Source: Octopus vulgaris (taxonomy: Eukaryota). Taken from it: a DNA stretch of 64,000 bases. Positions 15,100 to 30,744 of this stretch are shown piece after piece (within the stretch, counting starts at the first letter, position 1; every line of letters starts with the position of its first letter). Location: assembly GCA_951406725.2 (NCBI GenBank), contig OX597837.1:38440001-38504000 (forward strand), written 5' to 3'. A program made the position numbers and the translations under genes. A model generated the notes under the pieces. It was given only the letters and a program-made list of their open reading frames with translations, had not been told where the DNA came from and searched no databases.

Positions 15100-15504
15100 T
15101 GGGGTGGTTTTGATGCGGATGGTGTGTGGTAGTGGTGGCAGTGCTGGTGGTGTCGGTGGTAGTGTTGGCGATAGTGGTGTAGAGCTGATGGTGATGGCGG
15201 TGGAAGTTGTAGTGGTGGGAGCGTCGAACTGGCAGTGATGTAGCATGTAGTGGTAGAGATGGTATTAGTATGTTGTAATTGTTATGAGTAGTGGTTTTTA
15301 TAGTATCGGTGGTGGTAGTGTGGTGAAAGCGTTAGTGATGGTGAGGGGAGGGGACTGAGGCGGTGCAATGGTTGTGGGGTTGTAGTGGTGGTAGTAGTGA
15401 TGTTAGTGAAAGCAATGGTGGTGTTGGTGATGGTAGTAGTGGTGGTGATTGTAGTCGTATTAGTGGTGGTGGTGAATGTGGTACTGCTGGTGGTGATGGT
15501 GGTT

Positions 15505-15547
<43 letters not shown>

Positions 15548-15895
15548 AAGAAGAAGAAGAAGAAGAAGAAGAGGAAGAGGAAGAGGAAGAAGGAGGAAGA
15601 AGAAGAAGAAGAAGAAGAAGAAGAAGAAGAAGAAGAAGGAGAGGAAGAACAACAGCAACAATAGCAACAACAACAAGGAAAAGAAGAAGGAGAATAAGAA
15701 TAAGAATAAGGAGAGGAAAAAGAAGAAGCAGAAGAGGAGGGGGGAGGAAGCAGAAGAAGAAGAAGAAGAAGAAGAAGAAGAAGAAGAAGAAGAAGAAGAA
15801 GAAGAAGAAGAAGAAGAAGAAGAAGAAGAAAGAAGAAGAAGAAGAAGAAGAAGAAGAAGAAGAAGAAGAAGAAGAAGAAGAAGAAGAAGAAGAAC
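15100..15895. repeat. Compound (GGT)/(AGT)/(GAA)n low-complexity tract
   Basis: Trinucleotide arrays; source of the poly-E/K/R/V ORFs. Confidence 0.95.
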
Positions 15896-17414
15896 TGGTT
15901 GCAGAAGAAAATGAGTTTTGTGTTTATATGTCCACCACTACTTTTTACTAAACTGGTATTCATGTGCTCATGTTCCTGTGACTTAGCGGTTAGCAAAAGA
16001 AACTGATAGAATAAGAACCAGGCTTTAAAAAATAATACTGAGGCCGAGTCATTCGACTAAAAATTCTTCAAGGTAGTGCTCCAGCATGGCCGCAGTTTAA
16101 TGAGTGAAACAACTAAAGGATAAGTGTGTGTGTGTGTGTGAGTGTACGTGTACCTTTGACCGTAATTGTAAATGTCATGTATATATAATTTGTCTTTAAA
16201 CAATCCCAATAGACAACGTAATAGCTATTGCTAACTATAAACATACAAATATATATATTTGATATATAGGTTTATATGTTTAATATATGACGTTACATAT
16301 CATGTGCGCATATCAGGAAGCCGTAGCTGCTAATACCGAGGAAGCCCACAAATCGCTTAATGCAGCAACGACAATTAACTTCAGCAACCACGATCGGCTT
16401 TCGGTAACACGCGTATGCTATACATCGAAAGACGATTAACCCTCAGGATTTGAACGGTGGCGTCCATAAAATAGACACCGACGCATTAATTACAAAATGT
16501 TCAACGCAATCATCTGGTCACTTGAACTCACAAAATAGCACTGTATGTTCATTTACAAAATATTAAGTATGCAAAAGTATGACATTTTCGGGTCTTCAAT
16601 GTCATATGTGTAAAACACACAGAAAAAAGGTGCATATTATGTGCGCACGCGTGTGTAGAGTTTCTGAAGTGGTATACAGATATTGTATACTGAGAAAAAG
16701 GAGTCAGTCAGAGTTTTGGGTAATGCTTTAATAGTGCTTTCGTTCGTTTTTCAAACTAGTCAAGTTAACATCAAAATCAAAATGGTAAAAACAGAACATT
16801 TCGTTGTTCATTTATTTGGCTCGGATGTTCGTTGGTTTTTGTTTATAAGACGAGGATATTTTTTTTAGTCCTTTTTTTGAAAAAGTGGGGAGAGAGAAAG
16901 AAAAGCCAAGAGGAGAGAAATAAATAGAGAGGCTTTAGGACAATCAAGAAAGATGAAAAAAAAATAAAGGATGGGGAAATGATAGATAGATAAATAGAGA
17001 GAGGGAGAGAGGTTTCGTTTCAATTTGATGTGGTCAATTCAATGAAATTTCATTACAAGGCATTTTTCTTCTTTCTTTCTTTCTTTCTATTGGATGCCTA
17101 TCAACGTATTTGTAAATAAACATATTTTCTAACAAGGGTTTGTGACCTTTCAAAAATGTCAATATTAGGAAGTAGGATGGAAGGAACTAGAAAAATGGAA
17201 GGGTGCGGCCATCAATGAAAACTAAAAAAAGTTCAAAGTTCAAAGTCCTTTGAGAATTTATATTCATTTACGCTTGTATAGACATGTCCCATATTCTGTG
17301 TAATTCTAAGTTTTGCACGAACAGACATTAAATATTAGTAAAATGTTCAGAAATTAGGAAAATAAAGTTAGAATATCAAAAAAATAATTTGGTACTGTTT
17401 ATAATTCAGTCTAT

Positions 17415-17827
17415 GGATCTTTTCGGTTTGAACGGCAGTTTTTAACAATTTCTAGGTAACTAAAATATTTTAAACTTCGTATACTGGTAGAATGTGTTTA
17501 TAAAACAACTTTTTTCTCTTGGCTTTATTGAGAAAATTCTATAGTTTGTAAGATATTTGTTGTTTTTTCTTCAGTTTCTGCAATTTCAATCAATCACTGA
17601 CGTCTATTGAGGTAAAAAAAACATTCTGTGGCGTATGAATATGTCCCTCGTTTAAGAAACAGATTTGGTTTATTTACATTTGTGAAGAAAAAAGTTACCC
17701 TTCTCCCACCCTAACCCTAACCCTAAAACTGAATCAAATGCAATAGATCGATACTATGGTCATAATTATGGGTGACAATTTCATATGACACCTCTAGAAA
17801 AAACTGCCGTTCAAACCGAAAAGATCC
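17415..17827. mobile_element. MITE (non-autonomous DNA transposon) with ~29-bp TIRs, 8-bp TSD and internal (CCCTAA)3
   Basis: GGATCTTTTCGGTTTGAACGGCAGTTTTT ... AAAAACTGCCGTTCAAACCGAAAAGATCC; flanks CAGTCTAT / TAGTCTAT. Confidence 0.9.
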
Positions 17828-18139
17828 TAGTCTATTCTCCATGTACATTTAATCAAACCTCATAAATGAGTTTTGCACGTATATTGTATATTTAGATGGA
17901 AGCCACTCTGTATAATATAAATTATATAATAAAGCAGGGCCTGCTTAAATATATTTTTAAGTATCTTTCATCCTTTTGTAGCACTTATTTTCCTTTTCCT
18001 GCTTGCTTGGACAAGAGAATTCAAAAGAGACCTTTTGCACGAATTACTTCGCCGAGTAGCTACATTAGATATCTTTCCAAATCACTGGTAAAATGGTTGC
18101 CAAAACCTCAATGTTATATATATATATATATATATATAA

Positions 18140-18295
18140 GAGTTCAATTTGAAAAATCCACCAGAATGGACGAAAGCGCAAAAATATGATATATGATATA
18201 AGTTATATGATGTATAAAAACATGTAATATACAAATAAATATCTGTAAATATAATACCATCCGAATTTCTGAGTACCTCATTTCTTCTAATATAT
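18140..18295 (+). mobile_element. Penelope-like pLTR piece with decayed hammerhead motif; same family as 58728-58960
   Basis: TTGAAAA-ATCCA(CCAGAA)TGGAC-GAAA-GCGC-AA, then AAATATCTGTAAATATAATACCATCCGAATTTCTGAGTACCTCATTTCTTC; flanked by (TA)n. Confidence 0.6.
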
Positions 18296-18304
18296 AATAC
18301 CTGT

Positions 18305-19198
<894 letters not shown>

Positions 19199-19410
19199 TA
19201 CTACTACTACTACTACTACTGTAAGTTTGTGTATGCGTGCATGTGTGGGTGCGTGTAAGTGTATGTACAAACTTATGTATGTATATTTAAATACTGTGTA
19301 TGTATGCATATATATATATATGTATATATATATATGTCTGCGAGTATGCGCGTATTTATACGCATATACACACACATGTGTGTATACGTATGTATGTATA
19401 TATATATATA

Positions 19411-19450
<40 letters not shown>

Positions 19451-19835
19451 TATGTACATACACATATATGAATGTATCTGTGTATAATTGAATATATACA
19501 TTTGTACCACATTCATAGTACATGAGTGGACATATATATGTTCAATTATACACAGATACATTCATATATGTGTATGTACATACATACACACACACACACA
19601 TATATATACAAACATACATACGTATACACACATGTATATGTGTGTATATGCGTATAAATACGCGAATACTCGCAGACATACACACACACACATATATATA
19701 TATATATGTGTATATGTGTCTCTATACTTCTATGTGTATGTATGTGTAATGCTGTATGTCTGTATATAACCTGATCTCTAGTTTATGTAGTCTATATATT
19801 GTGCGTGTATATAATTTCACGTATACATATGTTTA

Positions 19836-19871
<36 letters not shown>

Positions 19872-20162
19872 CAAGCGAAACTGTAAACTATGCGTGTGTC
19901 GTCAATGGTTATTTGTTGTACGTGTGTGTGTGTGTGTGTGCGTGTGTGTGTGTGTGTGTGTGCGTGTGTGTGTGTGTGTGTGTGCTTGCATGTGTGTGCA
20001 TGTGTGTATGTGTGTGTGTGTGTGAACGTCTACGTGTTCCGAGTACAGCTATATATTTTTATATGCCAATATGAATGCCAATACAGAGTTAGTGAATATT
20101 TGTATGACTGTGTGCATGTGTATGTATGTATGTATGTATGTATGTATGTATGTATGTATGTA

Positions 20163-20230
<68 letters not shown>

Positions 20231-20310
20231 TATATGTATGTGTGCATGTGTATATGTACGTTTTTTTTGTGTGTGTGGGAGAGAGGGACCAGCAAGACAT
20301 CGACAAGTTA

Positions 20311-20382
20311 ACCGGAAGTTTGGTTGCGGAAGCTTTCTCGCAGTTAAGTTCATCTTTCATTGTTCTCCGCCATCTTGCGCAA
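20311..20382. promoter_or_regulatory. Dense TF-motif cluster (ETS x2, SOX, YY1, C/EBP)
   Basis: ACCGGAAGT 20311, GCGGAAG 20326, CATTGTT 20358, CCGCCATCTT 20367, TTGCGCAA 20375. Confidence 0.45.
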
Positions 20383-20434
20383 ATGTAGCACCATCGCCGT
20401 CACATTCACTCCTAAGTGATATTGCTCTTGAACT

Positions 20435-20496
<62 letters not shown>

Positions 20497-20644
20497 TTGT
20501 TATTATTGTTATCATCATTGCTATTTTATTGCCATTATTGTTGACTTTAACTGATATATTGTTGTCGTTGTTATTGCTACTATGAGCTTTATCATATTTT
20601 TTGCTGTCATTCTGTAGTTCCTCCTATTAATGGTTCTTCTTCTT

Positions 20645-22638
<1,994 letters not shown>

Positions 22639-22644
22639 TTGTTG

Positions 22645-22775
<131 letters not shown>

Positions 22776-23079
22776 GCCGTCATCAATGACATCATTATCA
22801 ACATCATTATTATCATCATCATCATCATCATCATCCTCATCATCATCATTTTAGACAGCTAACTGGCAAATCTGTGTTGAAATTTCGCCATTTTCAACTT
22901 TACCTGTCGTCCTTTCAAGGTCGATAAGATAAGTAGCTGTTGATAAAAAGAACAGCCAGTTATCCGCTAAAAAGAAGTGCCGCATGGTAAAAGCCAGTGA
23001 CAGCGGCAGCAACGGTGACTACAGCAGCAACTCCAAAAAGAACAATACAGCATATGAAAAGTTTTAAAGTATTTTAGGT

Positions 23080-23925
23080 TTAGTAATGGAGCAGCGATAG
23101 AAAAAAAAAACTAGATTAGAGGGTGAGCTAGTTAGAAAGTTAGAAAAAGCCTTTTACAAAAGGCAGCGCAACTGATGCGCTTGCGGCGATATTGATTCTA
23201 GACCAATTCTTCAATGCAATGCTCGAAGGCTACGTTGTCAGAACTAGGGCGCGTACTCTTAAACTAGAGGGGACGAAAGCTGTTCGATGGGCGAGAGTGG
23301 CAGAGGCGCGTCGTGGCAACAAAGCCACAATCTGGTCTTTGGCGGACCACACGACGGACGCGTTACTCGATACAAAGTAGATGTGTCCGGCTTTTCAGCG
23401 ACATTTCGCTCAACTTTTTGGAGACGGCGGTGGGCCAGATCATGTGATGGACTTTAGTATCTACCTGCCAAGGGTTTTGACCACGGTAGTGGAGTGTTGC
23501 GAAATGCCGGTAACAGCCGCTGAAATACAGGAGGCGATGACTGATGGCGCAAGAGTCAAATCGCCTAGTTTGGATGGTTTTCCTTACGAGCTTTACATCT
23601 ACATGCCAGACTGGTTGGGTGACTCCTTGACAGACACCTACTGTAACTGACAGCAGAATGGGAGAATTCCCAGTATTGTGAGCCTTGAGGCCGTAATATT
23701 GCTGAGAAAGAACCTGAATAAAAGCGACCATATTGATAATTTTAGGCCAATATGTTTACTAAATGCGGAGTTTAAGGTTTTGGCCAAAGTATTGACAAAA
23801 AGGTTGGCGTTTGTCATCAGCGGTTTAGTGAAGGAAGCACAGAAACGCGCCACCCCAAATAGATCCATCCACAACAACCTCCACCTCATACGATACCTCG
23901 CAGAGAGGACGGCCAAAGAGCTGAC
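23080..23925 (+). mobile_element. Tx1/L1-clade LINE ORF2 fragment (pre-RT and RT N-terminus), pseudogenised
   Basis: PVTAAEIQEAM..KSPSLDGFPYELY; NFRPICLLNAEFKVLAKVLTKRL..RSIHNNLHLIR; contains stops. Confidence 0.9.
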
Positions 23926-23931
23926 AAGGGT

Positions 23932-24048
23932 ACAATTCCGCCGGGGTACACTTCGCCTTTCATCTTTTTTTAGTTTCGATAAAATAAATAAGTACCAGTT
24001 GCGTACTGGGGTCGATGTAATCCACTATACACCCTCCCTTCAAAACTG
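23932..24048 (+). mobile_element. SINE family A, 5'-truncated
   Basis: AATTCCGCCGGGG..GCCTTTCATC..AAGTACCAGTTGCGTACTGGGGTCGATGTAATC. Confidence 0.75.
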
Positions 24049-24076
24049 ACGTTGTTGTTTTTGTAGCCGTAGCAGT

Positions 24077-24169
<93 letters not shown>

Positions 24170-24692
24170 TGTTACATATTTTATTTATTCATATGTTTAT
24201 TTATATGTATTTAAAAATTTTTTTGTTGCTATTTTCGTCTCTTCTCCACCGGAAGCAGCATTGCGGCAGTAAATGTTAGAGGATGAACATTCGTAAAAGT
24301 AATCGCTGCTTGATATAAAGCAAGACAGACGGAACGCCACCGCCACCATCAACGAACAACAACAACAACGACGACGACGACAACTATAATAATGATAATA
24401 AAGGTAATAGGCATTAAAAAAAACACACAAAGACCAGCGGCAGGAATAACAACAACAACAACAACAACAGCAACAATAACAGTTGATTATAAAAAGACTA
24501 AAAAATATCAACACAGGAAGTTGTGATAATGGGACAAACTAAAAACAATGCAGTAGTGGCGGCGGTGATGGTAGTGGTGGTGGTGGTGGTGGCGGTGGTG
24601 GTTGTGGTGGTGGTGGTGGTGTTGATGGTGGCGGCGACTTTTGATGATAGGAGATGCTGCAGTTCGATTACACACATACACACACACATATA

Positions 24693-24781
<89 letters not shown>

Positions 24782-24786
24782 ATATA

Positions 24787-24824
<38 letters not shown>

Positions 24825-25399
24825 ATATATATATGTATGTATATATATATATATATATATACATACATACGTATTCACACACATACACACTCACGCATAT
24901 ACATACATATATATACACAGACATATACGTGCATATTGATTATTGATATACATACATTTATTCATGTGTGTGTGTGTCTGTGTGTAAGTATGTATGTCAG
25001 TATGTATATATGTATATATATGTGCAAGTATGTGTATGGTAAGAGCAAACGTCTTATCACACAGCTACGCCTGAACTTATATAATTTTGAGTTAAAAGCT
25101 GATAAAAATGTAGATATTATTTACGTCGCATACTTCATGTATATACTTTGTTTAAACATTTTCAGGCTGCGGTATTTCGTCCAGGGAAAGTCCCTTACGG
25201 CGAAGCGTTTGAAAAAAACCCCAAAAACCCAGTTACCCACAAACCAGGCAAAGCAAAGAGCTTTGCCCGGTAGGTGAGCAAGAAAAGTAGATATCGATAT
25301 TTCGCTGTTGTTGCAGCTCGTCAATACCATATACTCGAGTCATTCCCCAAACGAATTCAAATCGTTGGTCTGAGGCATATATACCCGAAACTTGATACA

Positions 25400-25570
25400 C
25401 CAATCGAATGCCAGCTAGCTGTATGTGATTGGTCGGAGATTTGGACAGTACTCGCGTGTATGTGCGCACACACGCAGCTGTATATGCATGCTCTAGCATT
25501 ATGACCCGGCAACGCTGAGTCATAGTGCTAGTCCTCTATAAATTTCTAAAGCGGAACATCCACTGATCCC
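25400..25570 (+). promoter_or_regulatory. Candidate Pol II promoter: CCAAT boxes, MRE-like site, inverted double ARE/AP-1, TATA box
   Basis: CCAAT 25400, ATTGG 25428, TGCGCAC 25463, ATGACCCGGCA 25501-25511, CGCTGAGTCAT 25513-25523, TATAAAT 25537, Inr-like CCACT about 25560-25564. Confidence 0.55.
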
Positions 25571-25809
25571 AATGCCCGACTGGTAGAGGGTTGTGAGCGT
25601 CTGACCATATTCTAGGTGCCAGGCACTAAGTCTCGGTCTTTTCTTCACCCAAGACTGCATCTCTGTAAAGGAGACGAGCTGCAGAAAGACGAGCCTCACA
25701 AACGGAGCTCACACACACACTCACCGTTCAGAAATCGTTGCAGGTGGCATAGCGTAAGAACGTGTCTCCGCATTAGGAGCCACAGCACACCTAATCCGCC
25801 ACTCAGAGG

Positions 25810-25875
25810 ATGCTGGCAACAACCGACCGCCTGACCATTGAAACGCGTCCCTCCCACAAGAATTCTAAATTTTCG
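25810..25875 (+). CDS. Candidate first coding exon of an unidentified gene (MLATTDRLTIETRPSHKNSKFS)
   Basis: ATG with A at -3, 22 open codons, then a phase-0 GTATGT donor at 25876 where the GC-rich island ends. No downstream exon identified. Confidence 0.4.
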
Positions 25876-26053
25876 GTATGTGGTGAAATAACCTTTTGCT
25901 AATCCCTTAATTATGTTTATAATCATAAAAGAACATTTGTATAAGATTTTACCGATAATGGGTTTTTTTTTCCATACCGAAGCAACTTGGTAAAATTTAT
26001 TAATTATTAAATTAATAATTCATTACCCTACATATATATACATATATATACAT

Positions 26054-26368
26054 AAAAAGGAAATGAAGAAAATGATGACAAAATAATTTAAGTAAGGGAG
26101 AGTGTATTTAATTAGGTGAAAGTTCTTTTTACCGGTTGCGCATTTGTTATGCTTATCAAAAGATATATTTTTAAGAGAGATAGAGTTCCTTTCTGATAGA
26201 TTTTTTTCTCTTATCTGATAAATATATCAGAAAGGAACTCTATCTCTCTTAAAAATATATCTTTTGATAAGCATAACAAATGCGCAACCGGTAAAGAACT
26301 TTCACCTAACTAAATACACTCTCCCTTACTTAAATTATTTTTTCAGCATTTTCTTCATTTCCTTTTTT
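26054..26368. repeat. ~145-bp inverted repeat (Penelope-like inverted pLTR) with a hammerhead motif in each arm
   Basis: Arms 26054-26198 and 26225-26368 are near-perfect reverse complements. Confidence 0.9.
26260..26297 (+). ncRNA. Minimal hammerhead motif, U3-A8 and GCAA variant (mirror copy on minus strand at about 26124-26164)
   Basis: TCTT-TTGATAA-GCAT(AACAA)ATGC-GCAA-CCGG-TA|AAGA. Confidence 0.6.
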
Positions 26369-26403
26369 TATATATCACAACTCGTGTTCCACATTTCCTT
26401 TTT

Positions 26404-26465
<62 letters not shown>

Positions 26466-26708
26466 ATCAACATAAGCAACAGGGATATCTAAGGTAGAGT
26501 AGTACAATTGTTTCATGCTACTTCATTTTATTAAACAATGTAAGTATTACATCAGTTTTAAAACGTCGAGCAATAGGGATAAGAACGTGCATTTGATTTA
26601 TATGGATAATACCATACAAAATTCTGGTGCCTTTAACTTAAGTACTATATTCATCTGAGTCTAAATTTTGCTGGACTTATATATGTATATATATATATAT
26701 ATATATAC

Positions 26709-27037
26709 AACATCATAAGCGGGAAGTGTAACCTCTCGAAAGAGCTGTTCTTCACTCCTGCTCCGGAGCGTCGGCTGCGGGGTCATTCCGAAAAGCTCTA
26801 CCTGCGACGATTTCATCTCAATCGAAGGAGAGGAGCTTTCTCCGTCCGGGTTGCGGATCCGTGGAACAAGCTGCCAGACGAGATGGTGAAGATGCCGACG
26901 ACCGCTTTGTTCAAAGCCTCCCTGGACCTCAAGTGGCCTGAACTCTTTACATGAACACCACCCTGTACTTAACTCCATGTCCCCCTACATGGCCTTGCTA
27001 TTTGCTTTTGAGCCAAATTAACTAACTAACTAACTAA

Positions 27038-27040
<3 letters not shown>
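26709..27040 (+). mobile_element. CR1-clade LINE 3' end with (AACT)n tail
   Basis: NIISGKCNLSKELFFTPAPERRLRGHSEKLYLRRFHLNRRRGAFSVRVADPWNKLPDEMVKMPTTALFKASLDLKWPELFT*. Confidence 0.9.
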
Positions 27041-27099
<59 letters not shown>

Positions 27100-27468
27100 T
27101 GACGTGGCAGTCCGTCGGTTACACGACAGGGGTTCCAGTTGATCCAAACAACGGAACAGCCTGCTCGTGAAGTTAACGTGTAAGGGGCTGAGCACTCCAA
27201 AGAGAAGTGTACCTTAACGTAGCTCTCGGGGAGATTCAGCATGACACAGAGTGTGACAAGGCCGGCCCCTTCGAAATAGAGGTACAACAGAAACTGGAAG
27301 AAAGAGTTAGAAAAATGCTGTGGTGAAAGAGTACGGCAGAGTTCGCCACGACCCACTGCCGGAGCCTAGTGGAGCTTTAGGTGTTTTCGCTCAATAAACA
27401 CTCACAAATCCCGGTCTGCAAATCCAAACCGCGAGGCCGCTGCCCTAACCACTGGGCCATTGTGCCTC
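27100..27468 (-). mobile_element. tRNA-head SINE (family D head, family C-like tail)
   Basis: Minus strand GAGGCACAATGGCCCAGTGGTTAGGGCAGCG...; middle aligns with 14560-14670 and tail with 5490-5590. Confidence 0.75.
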
Positions 27469-27540
27469 AACATTGATGCATATATATATTTATACGAGTA
27501 TAACTGAATATCTATTTTTTCTATACATTAGCAGCAACTT

Positions 27541-27573
<33 letters not shown>

Positions 27574-27966
27574 TATATATGGGTATATATGAATGTATAT
27601 ACGTAAGTATATGTAAATATACATATATATGTGTATATATATATGCATATATATATATACATTATATATATATATATATATATATAAATGTATGTGTATA
27701 TATATATACACATGTATGTATATATGTACATATACGCATCTACATGTTTATATATATATGTGTGTGTGTAAATGTAAATCCATATTTGTATGCATGCGTG
27801 TATGTATAAATATGTGCGTGTGTGTGTATATATATATATATATACATACATATATATATATGCATATATATATGTATATATGTATGTGTGTGTGCCTGTG
27901 TGTATGTATGTATATATGCGTGTATATACGAGCCAAATGTAGTAAGGGTGTGTTATGTGGGGGAGA

Positions 27967-28017
27967 CAGCTGGATTAAGTGAGGCCGATTGATCTAATCC
28001 TTATATTGGCTGAGTCA
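27967..28017. promoter_or_regulatory. Candidate enhancer: E-box, two K50-homeodomain (Otx/Pitx-type) sites, CCAAT, Maf/AP-1 site
   Basis: CAGCTG 27967, GGATTA 27972, TAATCC 27995, ATTGG 28005, GCTGAGTCA 28009. Confidence 0.4.
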
Positions 28018-28522
28018 GATTGTAGCATGTCACTGGGGACTGGGGTGGGGGGGTGGAGGAGAGGTGCTTGCGGGGATGGTGGCGGCGGTGATAATGGTGG
28101 AGGAGGAGATGGAGGTGGGGGGGAGGGGAAGGGCGTGGCGGTGGTGCATTGGAGCGTTTTTGTGGTGGTGGTGGTCGTGGCGTATTGTCTGGTGTGCTGT
28201 TGTGATTTGGGGGGGGGGAGGGGTGTTAGTGTGTTGGAGGTGATGTAATTTGTTGTAGTGGTGGTAGATGTGGTGGTGGTGGTGGTGGTGGTGGTGGTGG
28301 TGATGGTATTCGCAGTGTTTTTGTGTTGGTGTAGGTGGTGGTGGTGGTGGTGGTGGTGGGTGGGGGGGGTGGTGGTTGCGATGCGAGTCAATCCGACAAA
28401 ACTAGAAATCAAGAGGTTTATCCCCCACCCCACCCCGATCTCTTTCACTTCGCCGCACTCCCTCTCTCCTCTCTCGCCCCACACTCTTCAACATATATCT
28501 CACCTCCACCCCACACTTGACC

Positions 28523-28571
<49 letters not shown>

Positions 28572-28587
28572 CCACACGGCCTGTCTG

Positions 28588-28675
<88 letters not shown>

Positions 28676-28683
28676 CCTCTCTG

Positions 28684-28775
<92 letters not shown>

Positions 28776-28783
28776 CCTCTCTG

Positions 28784-28865
<82 letters not shown>

Positions 28866-29117
28866 CCTATCTATTTGTCTTTCTGTTTTAGCCTTTCTAC
28901 AACGCCGTTTCTCCTATCACAATCTCGTATACAAATAAATGTGCGCGTGTGTCTATGCCTTTGTCTATGTGTGTGTGTGTGTGTGTGTGTGAGTATATAT
29001 GAGTATGTATGGCTGGATGTAAAATATGCATCCATCTACAAGTATGTGTAAATGTATATTTGCATTGCTTATACATACACAGGCACAGAAACACAGATAC
29101 ACACATGTTATATATAA

Positions 29118-29150
<33 letters not shown>

Positions 29151-29230
29151 TATGTATATACGTATATATATATATATATACATACATACATACATATATA
29201 TATACATACATATATATATATATACATACA

Positions 29231-29269
<39 letters not shown>

Positions 29270-29384
29270 CATACATATATATATATATGATATATATATA
29301 TATATATACATATATGTGTATGTATATATATATACACACAAGTACACACACATCACGCGCCTTCTCTCTGTCTGTCTGTCTTTC

Positions 29385-29418
<34 letters not shown>

Positions 29419-29968
29419 CTCCTCTCACACACACTCATTCTCCATCATTATACACAATATCTCTTAATATCCCATCACCACCAGATTCATCCATCCACCC
29501 CCCCCACCACCACCACCACCACCTCCGCCGCCGCCACCACCTGCGGCACCACCACCACCACCACTAACCTCCGCCGCCGCCGCCTCCACCGCCACTGCCA
29601 CAAACGCTAATGCCCTGCACCAATACTCTCAGCCATATAGAGAATGCTCCACCCAGTTCTCAGAATCGTATCGATTAGGGGTGGGACATATCTGGGTATA
29701 AAGTTGGCATTCAAAATGCTGAAGGATGGTAGTAATGAGTGGAAATAGTTCAAATCACTGCATTCCATTTCTCTCTCTCTCACTCTTTCTCTCACACCCT
29801 CCCACTCTCTCCCTCTCCCCCTCCCTCTCTCTCTCACACATATTATACACACGATAGATTTGTGTACAAATATATGTGCGTGAGCATTTATATATATATA
29901 TATGTGTGTGTGTGTGTATGTGTGTGTATGTATATATATATGTATATACATATATATATATATATATA

Positions 29969-30063
<95 letters not shown>

Positions 30064-30348
30064 ATACATACACTTACATACATATATAGATAGATAGACA
30101 GATAGATGGATATGTATACGCGCATATCATATATTTATGTGCGCGTATGTGTGTGCATACATAGATATACATGCACACACACACACACACATATATAAAA
30201 CAATAGTCATGTGTAGACACATATAATATGTATATGTGCGTTTATGTGTGTGTATACATATATATTTACGTATATATATATATACATACCCGCGCGCGCA
30301 TGCACATATATATAAAATGATATATATATATATATACATAAATATTTG

Positions 30349-30394
<46 letters not shown>

Positions 30395-30403
30395 TATATA
30401 TAG

Positions 30404-30459
<56 letters not shown>

Positions 30460-30744
30460 ATATACAATGCCGCAGATATGTGGTAATATAATGTGTATAT
30501 ATAATTATATTACTCCATTTACCAGCCAGTCGCTGTCCTTATAAAAGTATTTATGATCACCGCGGATTCTTCCCCTTTTTTTTTATCTTCCCTTTTATTT
30601 AGTATTCTCCGGCAGAATCGGAAAATCGGTCGAGTGTCAGATAAACATCAGGCATTTAATGGCGAACCTTCACGATCTAAGTTCAACTCACCAATCAGAC
30701 CGTCTTTCCCAATTTTGTGAAATGGAACCCGTAGTTGCTTTCAA

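Noticed and set aside
25655-25685. Minus-strand resemblance to miR-993
   Set aside because: Seed mismatch and indels relative to the sequence as I recall it, and no convincing precursor hairpin.
26661-26978. 105-aa minus-strand ORF
   Set aside because: It is the antisense frame of the CR1 ORF2 C-terminus.
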